Below are positions 32,935-42,087 of a DNA stretch of 64,000 bases, piece by piece. The translations under genes were made by a program, and so were the position numbers. Every line of letters starts with the position of its first letter. Position 1 is the first letter of the stretch. Below the pieces are notes generated by a model that had not been told where the DNA came from, searched no databases, and saw only the letters and a program-made list of their open reading frames with translations. Source of the stretch: a virus (taxonomy: Duplodnaviria > Caudoviricetes); IMG/VR virus record IMGVR_UViG_3300013121_000036, positions 1 through 64,000 of that record; one strand, written 5' to 3'.

Positions 32935-33852
32935 ATGGCCGAAAACAGCAAGATTGCATGGACAACACACACGTGGAACCCGTGGATCGGCTGCACCAAG
33001 GTGTCAGCAGGGTGCAAGAACTGCTATGCGGAGGGCTTGCAGGGCAGGTTCGGAGGAGGTCTATGGGGGGCCGATGGCAGGCGCAGGATAGCTGCCCCCA
33101 GCTCGTGGAAAGAGCCCCTGTCATGGGACCGCAAGGCGAGAGATGCTGGCGAGAGGCATCGAGTCTTCTGCGCCTCTCTGGCAGATGTCTTCGAGGACAG
33201 GGCGGATCTTGCTGAGCCTAGGAAGCGCGTGTTTGGGGTCATCGAAGCGACCCCAAACCTGGACTGGCTACTGCTCACGAAGCGGCCTCAAGACATGGGA
33301 AGGCTAGCGAAGGACGCCGGATGGTCTGGGATGTGGCCCAGCAACGTGTGGGCGGGAACAACGGTAGAGGACCAGTCAGCGGCTGACTCGCGCATCCACT
33401 ATCTGCTTCGAGTGCCCGCACTCACACGCTTCCTTTCCTGCGAGCCCATGCTCAGCCCCATCCGGCTCACGTACAGGCTCGGATGCCACGCGGGCAAGGA
33501 CGGCGAATGCAACTGGCAGAACTGTCCGCAAATCCGCGACAATGAGCCCTATCGTAGTGGCAGGCACTGCCCGCTAGACTGGTCGTCGCAAGACGACTAC
33601 GAGAGCCCGCCGCGCATCGACTGGGTCATCGTGGGTGGCGAGAGCGGGCCAAATGCGCGACCGTTCGACTTGTTGCACGCAGGGTCGCTCATGCGTCAGT
33701 GCAAGCTGTCCGGCGTGCCAGTGTTCTTCAAGCAACTAGGTGCAAACCCGGTGTTTGGCGACAAGCCGTGGCCACTCGCACACGACAAGCGATCCGGCGC
33801 CGACAAGCGAGACTGGCCCGAGTGGTTGATGGTGCAGGAGTTCCCCACGTAG
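32935..33852 (+). CDS. phage Gp37/Gp68 (DUF5131) radical-SAM-like protein
   Basis: TWNPWIGCTKVSAGCKNCYA, LLTKRP, FLSCEP, WVIVGGESG, FFKQLG, EFP. Confidence 0.92.
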   Translation: MAENSKIAWTTHTWNPWIGCTKVSAGCKNCYAEGLQGRFGGGLWGADGRRRIAAPSSWKEPLSWDRKARDAGERHRVFCASLADVFEDRADLAEPRKRVFGVIEATPNLDWLLLTKRPQDMGRLAKDAGWSGMWPSNVWAGTTVEDQSAADSRIHYLLRVPALTRFLSCEPMLSPIRLTYRLGCHAGKDGECNWQNCPQIRDNEPYRSGRHCPLDWSSQDDYESPPRIDWVIVGGESGPNARPFDLLHAGSLMRQCKLSGVPVFFKQLGANPVFGDKPWPLAHDKRSGADKRDWPEWLMVQEFPT

Positions 33853-33929
33853 GGCACATGTGGGACAAGATGACACATGTTTTCTTCGCGGCGGTTGCAA
33901 CGGCTCCATGTCATGGTCATGCTTTGGAC

Positions 33930-34229
33930 ATGGCAAAGAAGTTGGACTACTCCTCCGCGAAGAAGGCTCAGAAGGTGTCCGAGGAAGCGTCCGCCCAGAG
34001 GGCCGCAAGGGGTGTCGTCAGGTCGTTCGACGACGAGCCCAAGAGGGTCGTTCGGGTGTCGACCAAGACCGTCAACATGAGGATGTTCAACCTCAAGAGG
34101 GTGAGGATGCTCTACGTCTTCGAGCTTGAGTGCGGGCACTCAGTGAATTTCGCGAGGATGCCTCACGAGAAACACGAGTACCTGCTCTGCTCAAGGTGCC
34201 ACTCAGACTCCTTGACACCTGGCATGTGA
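33930..34229 (+). CDS. hypothetical protein with C-terminal Zn ribbon
   Basis: LECGH..CSRC. Confidence 0.6.
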   Translation: MAKKLDYSSAKKAQKVSEEASAQRAARGVVRSFDDEPKRVVRVSTKTVNMRMFNLKRVRMLYVFELECGHSVNFARMPHEKHEYLLCSRCHSDSLTPGM

Positions 34230-34242
34230 GGTCGGATACTAT
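34212..34242 (+). promoter_or_regulatory. promoter of the ORF-amber-Pth2-tRNA cassette
   Basis: TTGACA-17-GATACT, overlapping TACTAT. Confidence 0.6.
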
Positions 34243-34329
34243 GGCAGCCATGCTCTAGCTGCCAAGAGGCCCGCCCTCCTCGAACAAAGCCAGTCCCGTG
34301 AACAGAAACGCTTGTCCGTGGAGGAAGAT

Positions 34330-34698
34330 ATGAACAACCATGTTTTGTTTCGGAACATCTCGCAACTGAAGAAGCGCAGCAGGCTCCAGCACCTCATCTA
34401 CAACTGGATGATCCAGACGCCGCGAGAGAAGGTGGAGCGTAGGGTGAGCGAGCAGAGCCTTGCCTTCATCAAGGGCGAGGCACGTCGCATGAGGAACATC
34501 CTGAGCGTTGACACCGCGCCAGATGGAGCTGAGCCTGGCCACCGAACGCTGACGGCGATGGCGGTACACGAGGTCGTGGACTTCGTCGAGTGGCTCAAGC
34601 TCGACTCGTACGAGGTCAAGGTCTGTGCTCCTGGTTCGGTTGCCGAGAGGAAGCTTAGGGCTGCTGAGCGCAGGGCGGCCAAGAGCGCCGAAGCGTAG
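34330..34698 (+). CDS. hypothetical protein, N-terminal partner of the amber read-through fusion
   Basis: GGAGGAA SD; ends EA-TAG, in frame with the Pth2 domain. Confidence 0.8.
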   Translation: MNNHVLFRNISQLKKRSRLQHLIYNWMIQTPREKVERRVSEQSLAFIKGEARRMRNILSVDTAPDGAEPGHRTLTAMAVHEVVDFVEWLKLDSYEVKVCAPGSVAERKLRAAERRAAKSAEA

Positions 34699-35007
34699 GG
34701 CAAGCTCTACATCGTGGTGAGGGAAGACCTGCCGCAGGGCGCAAGGGTAGCCCAGTCGGTTCACGCCGCCGTCGAGATGGCAGTGGAGCATCCACGCGAA
34801 TTCAGGGCGTGGTGGAAAAGCTCCAACACCGTCGTGGTGTTGCTGACCAAAGACGAGGAGCGCCTCACGTCGATCTTCGACGATGCCATCGAGAAGAACA
34901 TGACGACTGTCCTCTTCAGTGAGCCAGACATGGGCAACCGGCCCACGGCGATGGCCGTCATCGACCAAGGCGCCAAGCGCTTGCTTCGCAAGCTGAAGCT
35001 GGCATAA
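34699..35007 (+). CDS. peptidyl-tRNA hydrolase 2 (Pth2)-like domain, translated by TAG read-through
   Basis: KLYIVVREDL..GARVAQSVHAA..W..VVVL..EPD...TAMA. The first Pth2 strand (KLYIVVR) begins right after TAG and upstream of the only available GTG. Confidence 0.85.
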   Translation, partial: GKLYIVVREDLPQGARVAQSVHAAVEMAVEHPREFRAWWKSSNTVVVLLTKDEERLTSIFDDAIEKNMTTVLFSEPDMGNRPTAMAVIDQGAKRLLRKLKLA

Positions 35008-35045
35008 CATCGACACATGGCCAGGTCCACTTCGGGCCTGGCTTC

Positions 35046-35118
35046 GAGGCCATAGCTCAGCAGGTAGAGCGGCGGGTTCTAAACCTGCAAGTCGCCGGTT
35101 CGAGCCCGGCTGGTCTCA
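35046..35118 (+). tRNA. amber suppressor tRNA (anticodon CUA)
   Basis: Acceptor GAGGCCA/TGGTCTC, D arm GCTC/GAGC, anticodon arm GCGGG-TTCTAAA-CCTGC (CTA at 35079-81), T arm GCCGG-TTCGAGC-CCGGC, discriminator A, no encoded CCA. Confidence 0.92.
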
Positions 35119-35133
35119 CGAAGGAGAACGAAG

Positions 35134-35724
35134 ATGGCGAAGTTTGCTTGGTTCATTGAGAGCGACGGGTACCTGAAGAAGGAGTTTGACGACATCTGGG
35201 ATACCGTAGAGGATGCCGTGAAGTTCGGAGTGGAACAAGACATCCTCAAGAAGGTCGTCGTTGGATCGGTCGAGCCGATGATCCCGTGGGACGCGATCAC
35301 CGCTGTCGACGTTGCCATGCTGAGGGAAGACGAAGGACAACTGTCTCCGCAGTCGCTCCTGGGCATGGTCTACGGGATGTTGCCACCTCTCATCAACGAG
35401 ACTTTCGTGTTCCTGAAAGGCGGGGCAGAAGCTGCCTTTCAGGAAATCATGTCACGAGGTGGCAACGACGACGACTTCCTTGCTTGGTGCAAGCAGTACA
35501 TCGAGGCCGACCCAGAGACATGCGTCTTCGGTGTTCACCCACTACCGCTTGGCTTCAGAAACGGTCACTGGTGCATGGCATCGGATGAGGACGTCTGGGT
35601 TGACGTTCACATCGAGGACGACGGCTCGTTCGGAGGTTGGGACTGGTACGCAGGGGCCCCAGCATCGTGGGGCACATGCGACAGCCTACGAGAGGCGATG
35701 AGCCTTGCCAGCGGTCGTAAATGA
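35134..35724 (+). CDS. hypothetical protein
   Basis: AAGGAG SD. Confidence 0.75.
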   Translation: MAKFAWFIESDGYLKKEFDDIWDTVEDAVKFGVEQDILKKVVVGSVEPMIPWDAITAVDVAMLREDEGQLSPQSLLGMVYGMLPPLINETFVFLKGGAEAAFQEIMSRGGNDDDFLAWCKQYIEADPETCVFGVHPLPLGFRNGHWCMASDEDVWVDVHIEDDGSFGGWDWYAGAPASWGTCDSLREAMSLASGRK

Positions 35725-36257
35725 CGTTCGCGGTGAGCAACGAGAAGGATGTTCTTATCAAGCTCAGGAACCAGCTTCTGGAGCTGGAGTCGAAGTACCG
35801 TGAGCTGGCCAAGAAGGCAGAGGATGCGGAAGACTGGATGACCAAGTACGAAAGGCTGGCATCTTTTCGAGCTTACGAAATCTCAGGCAAGCTGGTGGCC
35901 AGCGCGATTTTGGCCATCGAACAGGTAGGAGCCGAAGTGAAAGCCGAAGTGAACTTCAAGTGGGAATGCCCCACGTGCGGAGCGGTGGCCGGCAAACATG
36001 GGGCTGGCGGAAAATCGAAGTGCATCTCAACCACAGCAGGATGCGATGGGTTGATCTGCGAGTGCGACCCTCGTGATCTTGGAAACGACTACAGTGCGAA
36101 GGACCACGGCGTCTCTCACTCGAATCCATGCCAGAACGCAAGCTGTTACCACTGCGGCTGGGGAGGACGACTGCCTCCAGTGCCGAAGAAGATGCAGCCG
36201 TGGGAGAAGAAGGCTATCAGTGCCGGGTGGACTCCGCCGGCTGGGTGGGGGCAGTGA
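35721..36257 (+). CDS. coiled-coil plus Cys-rich hypothetical protein
   Basis: ATGA-coupled; CPTC, CYHC. Confidence 0.7.
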   Translation: MTFAVSNEKDVLIKLRNQLLELESKYRELAKKAEDAEDWMTKYERLASFRAYEISGKLVASAILAIEQVGAEVKAEVNFKWECPTCGAVAGKHGAGGKSKCISTTAGCDGLICECDPRDLGNDYSAKDHGVSHSNPCQNASCYHCGWGGRLPPVPKKMQPWEKKAISAGWTPPAGWGQ

Positions 36258-36258
36258 C

Positions 36259-36411
36259 ATGGCACTTGTAGCCGTTCTCGTTTCGATGGCTTTTTCGGTG
36301 ACATGGTCGTATTGCATGTCCGTGGCAAGCAACCTCATCCATCGAGCGGCGCTCTTGATCCTGCTGTTCACCATCATGGGCCTTGGTGTTGCCGGCATGG
36401 TGTGCAAGTGA
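36259..36411 (+). CDS. small two-TM protein
   Basis: Hydrophobic 50-aa ORF. Confidence 0.5.
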   Translation: MALVAVLVSMAFSVTWSYCMSVASNLIHRAALLILLFTIMGLGVAGMVCK

Positions 36412-36674
36412 TCTGGGTCGTCGTAAGAGAAGAGGGGATCTACCTCTACTCGCTTGGCAGAGAGAGCGCGCTACACCCTTGGACCACGGTCTGGTCGGCA
36501 AGCGGATTCCACCTGATGTCCGAGGAGGAAGCGCGATCGTCAAGCAAGGTTATCTCGGACGGCGGCATCTCGTGCTCTGCTGTGGAGCTGAGAACGGCGC
36601 CAGACTGGAAGAAGAAAAGTGGTGACAAGCACATGCTTCTCCAGTACCTGGCCAGAAGCGAGGAGGCTGGATGA
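36408..36674 (+). CDS. hypothetical protein
   Basis: GTGA coupling. Confidence 0.5.
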   Translation: MIWVVVREEGIYLYSLGRESALHPWTTVWSASGFHLMSEEEARSSSKVISDGGISCSAVELRTAPDWKKKSGDKHMLLQYLARSEEAG

Positions 36675-36910
36675 TGGACATCTGGGGACCATGCATGACA
36701 GTCTCGACATGGTCTCTAACCGTTCCGAGGCCGGCTTTGACATCTGCCTCTACGGAAGGGGTCATAACGGTTACGCACGACCAGAGGTCTGTGTCGCACG
36801 CGATGACTGGTGTGCCATTCACTGCGACGAAGTCAGAGCCCAAGAAGCCGGCAAACAGGCACGAGAGGCGAGCTGCGGCGGCGATGGAGAGGAAAAGGAA
36901 GAAACGATGA
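36671..36910 (+). CDS. hypothetical protein
   Basis: GAGGAGG SD. Confidence 0.6.
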   Translation: MMDIWGPCMTVSTWSLTVPRPALTSASTEGVITVTHDQRSVSHAMTGVPFTATKSEPKKPANRHERRAAAAMERKRKKR

Positions 36911-37230
36911 ACTGGACACCCGTGGAGCTGTTTGATCCGAGGGCTTACCCATACAGGGAAGAGCTTGGTTCTCTTGACGAAGAGACGCCAGGAACAGGTC
37001 AAACGCTCATGATAATGAGCGCGTGGGGCAGTGAGCTGTCAAAGGCTGCCGACGATGGCCTGAGGGCAATTCTTGTCTTTCAGGCGGCGCAAAAGTTCGT
37101 CAACGAGGTTGCGTCTCTTGGTGTCGACGTCATCAGCCTGATGAGGTGGATGGTCGATGACCAGCGAGAAGACATCATGTGGCAGGTTTACGGCGACGGA
37201 AAAGGCGTCGTCGCAACGGTCGGCCGATGA
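36907..37230 (+). CDS. hypothetical protein
   Basis: ATGA-coupled. Confidence 0.6.
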   Translation: MNWTPVELFDPRAYPYREELGSLDEETPGTGQTLMIMSAWGSELSKAADDGLRAILVFQAAQKFVNEVASLGVDVISLMRWMVDDQREDIMWQVYGDGKGVVATVGR

Positions 37231-37544
37231 AACACATCCTCGTCAGATTCAAAGACGTTGGCAGAAAACGATTCGCCGTCGTACTGTGCGGCCCGGATGT
37301 GCCACTCGGCGAGACCGCGCACAGCTATGCTCGCGTCGACTGTCCAGAGTGTCGCAAGATCAAGCTCGAAGAGCTGCGCGGGAAGACCATGGGACTGGGG
37401 TGTGGCGACAGCGGTTGCGCGTGCAGGAGACCAGGAGGGCAGACCACCAACGGGGGATGTCGATGCGAGCGTTCCCAACTGCGCGAATCATCCGTTGTCT
37501 GGAGAAACTACGCCTTGTTGCTTGAGTCGGAGGTGAAGCGATGA
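37227..37544 (+). CDS. Cys-rich hypothetical protein
   Basis: GCGDSGCAC..GGQTTNGGCRC. Confidence 0.6.
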   Translation: MKHILVRFKDVGRKRFAVVLCGPDVPLGETAHSYARVDCPECRKIKLEELRGKTMGLGCGDSGCACRRPGGQTTNGGCRCERSQLRESSVVWRNYALLLESEVKR

Positions 37545-37894
37545 CGCTCAAGGAAGCAAAAGCGGCTCTCGCCGCCGCACAGGAAGCCTACAAGGCTGCT
37601 GACGAGGCATACAGTGCCGCCGGGGAGCGCGCTCGTGTCGCGAGGTCAGCGGTGTGGGAGGCAGAACGCTCCGTCGACCGTGCCAAACCGCTTGGCAAGC
37701 GGGCGAAGGACATGCTGACGAGGATGGCGAGCGCGCCTGTGTCGGTTGCCTACGACAGATACCGAACAAGCCAAGAAGAGCGCATCGCGCTGGCGCTTGT
37801 GGAACTGGGGTTTGCAACCAATAGGCGTCTTGGTGCGATGTTCGAGTTCACCATCACCGACGCCGGCCGCGCCAAGCTGGGGGGCAAGCCATGA
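37541..37894 (+). CDS. hypothetical protein (winged-helix-like C-terminus)
   Basis: LVELGFA..TITDAGRA; GGAGG SD. Confidence 0.65.
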   Translation: MTLKEAKAALAAAQEAYKAADEAYSAAGERARVARSAVWEAERSVDRAKPLGKRAKDMLTRMASAPVSVAYDRYRTSQEERIALALVELGFATNRRLGAMFEFTITDAGRAKLGGKP

Positions 37895-38298
37895 GCGGCT
37901 GCGACTTTCCCGTGATGACACAGGCAGACGTGGCGGCGCTGGGCGATATCGAGAGGGCGACCGCTCGCGCGGCAAATGGCTGCGATGCGGCGCTGTTGCG
38001 TGCCTTCAGCTACCGATGCTGGCAGCGCTTGCCCGACGGGTCGGGCCGACCGCGATTGCTGACTGGGCACAGCGGCGTGTGCGTCCCTAACCGCGCGCGG
38101 CACATGCCGCGGAAGTTGCTCAATAACCTGAGCATGTTTGCTGACGACTACTGGCGAGAAACTCTTTCACAGGGCCAAACGCATCTGATGTTCGCGGCAC
38201 GCGAGCGTTCGTTTGGTGCCGATCGACGGATATCATCTAGCCTGCGGCCTCGGCGCGTCACGAGCAACGGGCTCGTCATCGTGAGGGGGCGGCGATGA
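37891..38298 (+). CDS. hypothetical protein
   Basis: ATGA-coupled. Confidence 0.5.
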   Translation: MSGCDFPVMTQADVAALGDIERATARAANGCDAALLRAFSYRCWQRLPDGSGRPRLLTGHSGVCVPNRARHMPRKLLNNLSMFADDYWRETLSQGQTHLMFAARERSFGADRRISSSLRPRRVTSNGLVIVRGRR

Positions 38299-38612
38299 GC
38301 GACGGGGCTCCTGTGCGGTGGAGGGTGACCATCGAGGGCTGCCAGCCAGACCTCTACACATCGCGCCGCGAGGCCGTCGCCGCAGTAAACCGAGCCAGGC
38401 TGCTGGGCGACTCTGCGACACTCACGAGGGTCGAGACGGTCTCGAGGCGCTGGCGAGTCAGGGGCGTGACCTGTCGCGTCTGGCGATGCGTGTGGACCAA
38501 ACGCTGGTTCTGGGCTGCTGGCGAGGTTGACAACGTTTTCGATGACTACGGATCGTCCTCCTACGCCGCGGCCGTCGAGGCCGCAGAGCGATGCGCAAGG
38601 GGGCAGCGATGA
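38295..38612 (+). CDS. hypothetical protein
   Basis: ATGA-coupled. Confidence 0.55.
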   Translation: MSDGAPVRWRVTIEGCQPDLYTSRREAVAAVNRARLLGDSATLTRVETVSRRWRVRGVTCRVWRCVWTKRWFWAAGEVDNVFDDYGSSSYAAAVEAAERCARGQR

Positions 38613-38830
38613 AGCGCCTCCCTCGACGTCAATCAGGGTCATCCCCGGCCCGGTACGACTGCCGGGAGCGGTCGGACGGCCTGTGGACGATCGTCGTTTT
38701 CAGGGCCCCTCTGGGCGGCGTGTCGTGGCTGGCTCGGGGCCCGAGGGTCGGCGGGCCGCTGTACGGGACTGAAGCGATGATGGGGCAGGCGATGCGGGAA
38801 GCTCGGGATGCGGTCAGGGGGCAGAAATGA
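38609..38830 (+). CDS. hypothetical protein
   Basis: ATGA-coupled. Confidence 0.5.
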   Translation: MKRLPRRQSGSSPARYDCRERSDGLWTIVVFRAPLGGVSWLARGPRVGGPLYGTEAMMGQAMREARDAVRGQK

Positions 38831-39195
38831 CAGACGACGATGCTGCGCGGGCAAGGGAGATGCGCAAGGAGGCTTTGCGAAGGATGCTGTCTAGCATGGA
38901 GGAGCTGCCGACTTCGTGCCTTGGAGTCCCGCGGCTCAGGTTCTTGGGACGAGGCCACAAGAAGCGACTTTATGGCATAGCCAGGATTTGGCAGATGTCG
39001 CAAGACATTGCCCACGAGCTTCGGCGACTGAGCGGTTGGTTTCACGATTGTCGCCTCGACAGGGCGAGGGCTCTACACTGGGCGTCTTACTGCCGAGCCA
39101 CATCCATGGCGAGACATCCTTACGCCATCTCCACGCGCCGATTCACCGCTGACGGCACTGTGGTGGCCCTGTCGAGGGCAGCGAGGGTACGATGA
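38827..39195 (+). CDS. hypothetical protein
   Basis: ATGA-coupled. Confidence 0.55.
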   Translation: MTDDDAARAREMRKEALRRMLSSMEELPTSCLGVPRLRFLGRGHKKRLYGIARIWQMSQDIAHELRRLSGWFHDCRLDRARALHWASYCRATSMARHPYAISTRRFTADGTVVALSRAARVR

Positions 39196-39437
39196 GCGCC
39201 TCGACTTCGTCATCGAGAAGGATCCTTGGGTGCCCGTGCTGTGGTGGCAGCAAGTACCTGTCGAGCGGCGCCTCATCATGCTCTCAATGCGGCTGGAATG
39301 TCGAGGCGAGGGTGGCCAACAGATGGTCGAAGGATGCGCGAGAGTCATGGTCCGCCATGGCCACGTCCCTTCGTGAAGAGTACGGAGAGATGGCCGAAAG
39401 AGAAGCGTTCGAGAGGATGAGGTCAGAGCATGACTGA
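39192..39437 (+). CDS. Zn-ribbon hypothetical protein
   Basis: CPCCG..CSQCG. Confidence 0.55.
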   Translation: MSASTSSSRRILGCPCCGGSKYLSSGASSCSQCGWNVEARVANRWSKDARESWSAMATSLREEYGEMAEREAFERMRSEHD

Positions 39438-39765
39438 AGAAGAGTTCAAGCACATCGTCGTCGAGATCCTCAGGAGAAAGAGGGGCAACTTTGACCTTGC
39501 GGTTCTCGACAGAAAAGCAAGGTGGAGGCGACAGTTGTGGAGCCTGGCTGGAAGCATTGCCCACAATGCAAGGATGGTAGCGCCCGGATGGTGCTATGAC
39601 ATGGGCTCTACATACAAAGCCATCTGCGACCACGCCGTCTCTGCCGCTCGTCATGGGATGTCCCCTCAAAACACATCGTGGAAGACGGTTGTCGTGAGCG
39701 GGAAGGTCACGACGTTCTCCTTCCGTCGCAAGAGAAAAGAGGTGTACGGTCGAAGCGCAAGTTTA
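39430..39765 (+). CDS. hypothetical protein; ends at TTA
   Basis: TTA at 39763, then AAGGAG SD and ATG 39799 in the same frame. Confidence 0.6.
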
Positions 39766-39798
39766 CGGTTGTTGTCGCCAAGAAAAGGAGCAAGAAAG

Positions 39799-40269
39799 AT
39801 GAGCAGCAAGAGGCCAACGTACATCAACAGTGAAGAGGTTCGAGAGGCCGTTCTTTCGGAAGCGGTCAAGATCCTGATGGGGTGGGATAACAACCTCGAC
39901 GAGGAAGAGGCCAGGGACGCCATGGAAAGCGCCATCGACGCCGGGCTCAACCTCGACGGCTATCACCTCGCCAGGGAGCTTGAGCACGAATGGATCGACC
40001 CTGACGAGTCGCTCGTCGAGAGTCTGAGCCGACTCAAAGTAGTCTCGCGAAAGGCCGAGGTAGACGCCGTGAGGAAGTGGGTGACCGAGAACGGCATCAA
40101 GCCATCCAAGGCCGTCGGAGATCAGGTCATCAGGAATGGCATGAGTGGAGAGATCATCAGGGTCGACGAGAAGGACGCCGTGTACGTCGTCCACTTCCCT
40201 GATCTGGGCCACAAGAAGAGCAACGGCGTCCTCGGCCTACTCATCCCATTCGAGGAGGCAGGGGGTTGA
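39799..40269 (+). CDS. hypothetical protein
   Basis: AAGGAG SD; DGYHLARELE motif. Confidence 0.7.
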   Translation: MSSKRPTYINSEEVREAVLSEAVKILMGWDNNLDEEEARDAMESAIDAGLNLDGYHLARELEHEWIDPDESLVESLSRLKVVSRKAEVDAVRKWVTENGIKPSKAVGDQVIRNGMSGEIIRVDEKDAVYVVHFPDLGHKKSNGVLGLLIPFEEAGG

Positions 40270-40271
40270 CA

Positions 40272-40739
40272 ATGAAGCTGGTCTTCACTCACGAGAAACA
40301 CCCTGTCGGAAAGTCTGTGTTCCTCGCAGGACCGACTCCGAGGTCGGCGACGACGCAGAGCTGGAGGGTAGGTGCGATAAACCTGTTCGAGAGGCACGGC
40401 TTCGACGGGTTCTTGTACGTCCCAGAGTTCAGGGACGGAGCGCGAGACAACGTCGCCGACGACGAGTTCGATCGTCAATGCCTGTGGGAAGATCGGGCCC
40501 TTGAGAGAGCCACCGTCATCATGTTCTGGATCCCCAGGAGGATGCCGGACATGCCATCCCTCACCACCAACGACGAATGGGGGCGGTGGAAGGACAGCGG
40601 CAAGGTCACCTTCGGAGCGCCACCGTGGGCCGAGAACGTGAGGTATCAGTGGTGGTGGGCTTCACGCCTCGGCATCGAAACATCCACTGACCTTGAGTCT
40701 CTCGTGGAGAAGACCATCAACAAGGCGAGATTTTGGTGA
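40272..40739 (+). CDS. nucleoside 2-deoxyribosyltransferase-like protein
   Basis: SVFLAGPTPR..SWR..WE..IMFWIPR..TTNDEWG. Confidence 0.8.
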   Translation: MKLVFTHEKHPVGKSVFLAGPTPRSATTQSWRVGAINLFERHGFDGFLYVPEFRDGARDNVADDEFDRQCLWEDRALERATVIMFWIPRRMPDMPSLTTNDEWGRWKDSGKVTFGAPPWAENVRYQWWWASRLGIETSTDLESLVEKTINKARFW

Positions 40740-40751
40740 CGCCCCGCTGGC

Positions 40752-41369
40752 TAACCTCAAGCAAGCCAGCTCGCTAAGCTCGGCGAGGGCCTTCTCGTCG
40801 CCGGAGAAGACGTTCAGGTCGCAGGGGCCATCCACGCCGGTGGCCCTTCCCTCGTCTCCCTTGTATTGCCAGAAAGCCCAGCTCTTCCACGGCTTGGGGA
40901 GCATGGGTCGCGAGACACCGTAGTGGGCCACCCAGAGGCTCGCTCCAGATGTGTCGGTGGACTCGTCCCCGAAGGGACCCCACCATCCTGCGCCCGTGTA
41001 GACGATGACGTGGCCGAAGAGTGCCACCGCGCCGAGGATCATGCTGCGGCAGAACGCCCTCGTGTCACGACACCCCTTCTCCGTGAGCTGCTCGAAGTCG
41101 ATGGCGGGAGGAAGCCTCTTCTCGCCGCACAAGTCATGGGCGCAGGCAAGGGCATCGAGCTGCGCGTCCACGCTTTCTCTGCCGAGGGCGAAGACGTACG
41201 GGGCCACGTAGAGGCCAGCCTCGGCAGCCCCAGTGGCGTGCCTGACGAACATGTCGTCGGGAGAGGAGCCCCACCCGCACCTGGCAAAGACAAAGCTCTT
41301 TTCTCTGGCGACCTCTGGCCAGTTGACGCGCCGCTGACAGTAGGAAACGTCGATACCTTGGACTGACAT
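40752..41369 (-). CDS. GH25 muramidase (endolysin); ends at TTA
   Basis: GIDVSYCQ, IDFE, VYTG, LWVAHYG, FWQY, GVDGPCDLN. TTA lies 12 nt from the convergent gene's stop. Confidence 0.9.
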
Positions 41370-41413
41370 GTGCGCAATGTCCCACACGATGCCACTCATT
41401 TCAAGGCACAAGG

Positions 41414-41442
41414 TTGACCAGAACAACTACTCGGACTAGGTT
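41414..41442 (+). promoter_or_regulatory. putative promoter upstream of the TIGR locus
   Basis: TTGACC-17-TAGGTT with ATG 7 nt downstream. Confidence 0.45.
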
Positions 41443-41448
41443 GCCCAC

Positions 41449-42087
41449 ATGGACGCAGCGACAAGGCTGAAAGAAGCCGAGGCGAAGCTCAAGTCGACGG
41501 CGCTGACCGGAGACACGGCTTGGCTCAGGATCTCTGACATCATCGTTCCCATCATCGACGCCTGGTCTGACGAGTACACAGCCGCCTGCGGCCTTGACTC
41601 AAGCTCGTGGGCGGCGAGGGTGACCGGCAGGCCCAGGGCCGCCACGATGGCCAGAAAGAGGAAAGACGCCATGGAGAAGGTCGAGGCCGCGGTTCGAGCG
41701 GGGCCAAGGGACCGCGACGTCATCAGGTACAAGATGGGAGACAAGGTCATCATGTACCTTGCGTACACGATGCCTGGACCATCAATGGAGAAAGCCATCC
41801 TTGCCGTCATCCACGAGACGGTGGCAAGGGACGCCATCCTCGACTATGGGACGGCCAGGAGGATAGCTCGCATCGCAACTGGCATGAAGGACGGCCAGAG
41901 CGTGGCCAAGATCCGCCTCTCGCGACTTGAAGAGTGGCTCGATGGCGAGTTCGACAGGTGGATGTCGGACGCCATCAAGGCAGCAAAGTCCGGCAACGGA
42001 TTTGACAAGAAGCTCTCCGCCCCGCCAGGATGTCGCAAGCCATCGCTCAAGAAGACCATGTCGGCGCTTGGCTTCGACGCCGAATAA
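41449..42087 (+). CDS. hypothetical protein
   Basis: 212 aa; the array begins at its TAA stop. Confidence 0.75.
   Translation: MDAATRLKEAEAKLKSTALTGDTAWLRISDIIVPIIDAWSDEYTAACGLDSSSWAARVTGRPRAATMARKRKDAMEKVEAAVRAGPRDRDVIRYKMGDKVIMYLAYTMPGPSMEKAILAVIHETVARDAILDYGTARRIARIATGMKDGQSVAKIRLSRLEEWLDGEFDRWMSDAIKAAKSGNGFDKKLSAPPGCRKPSLKKTMSALGFDAE

Noticed and set aside
35046-35118. tRNA-Pyl, or a UAA-anticodon (UUA-reading) tRNA
   Set aside because: The cloverleaf is canonical, with a 5-bp anticodon stem and standard D and T loops, and there are no pyl genes. TAA in the loop is off-register and arises from CUA plus A37.
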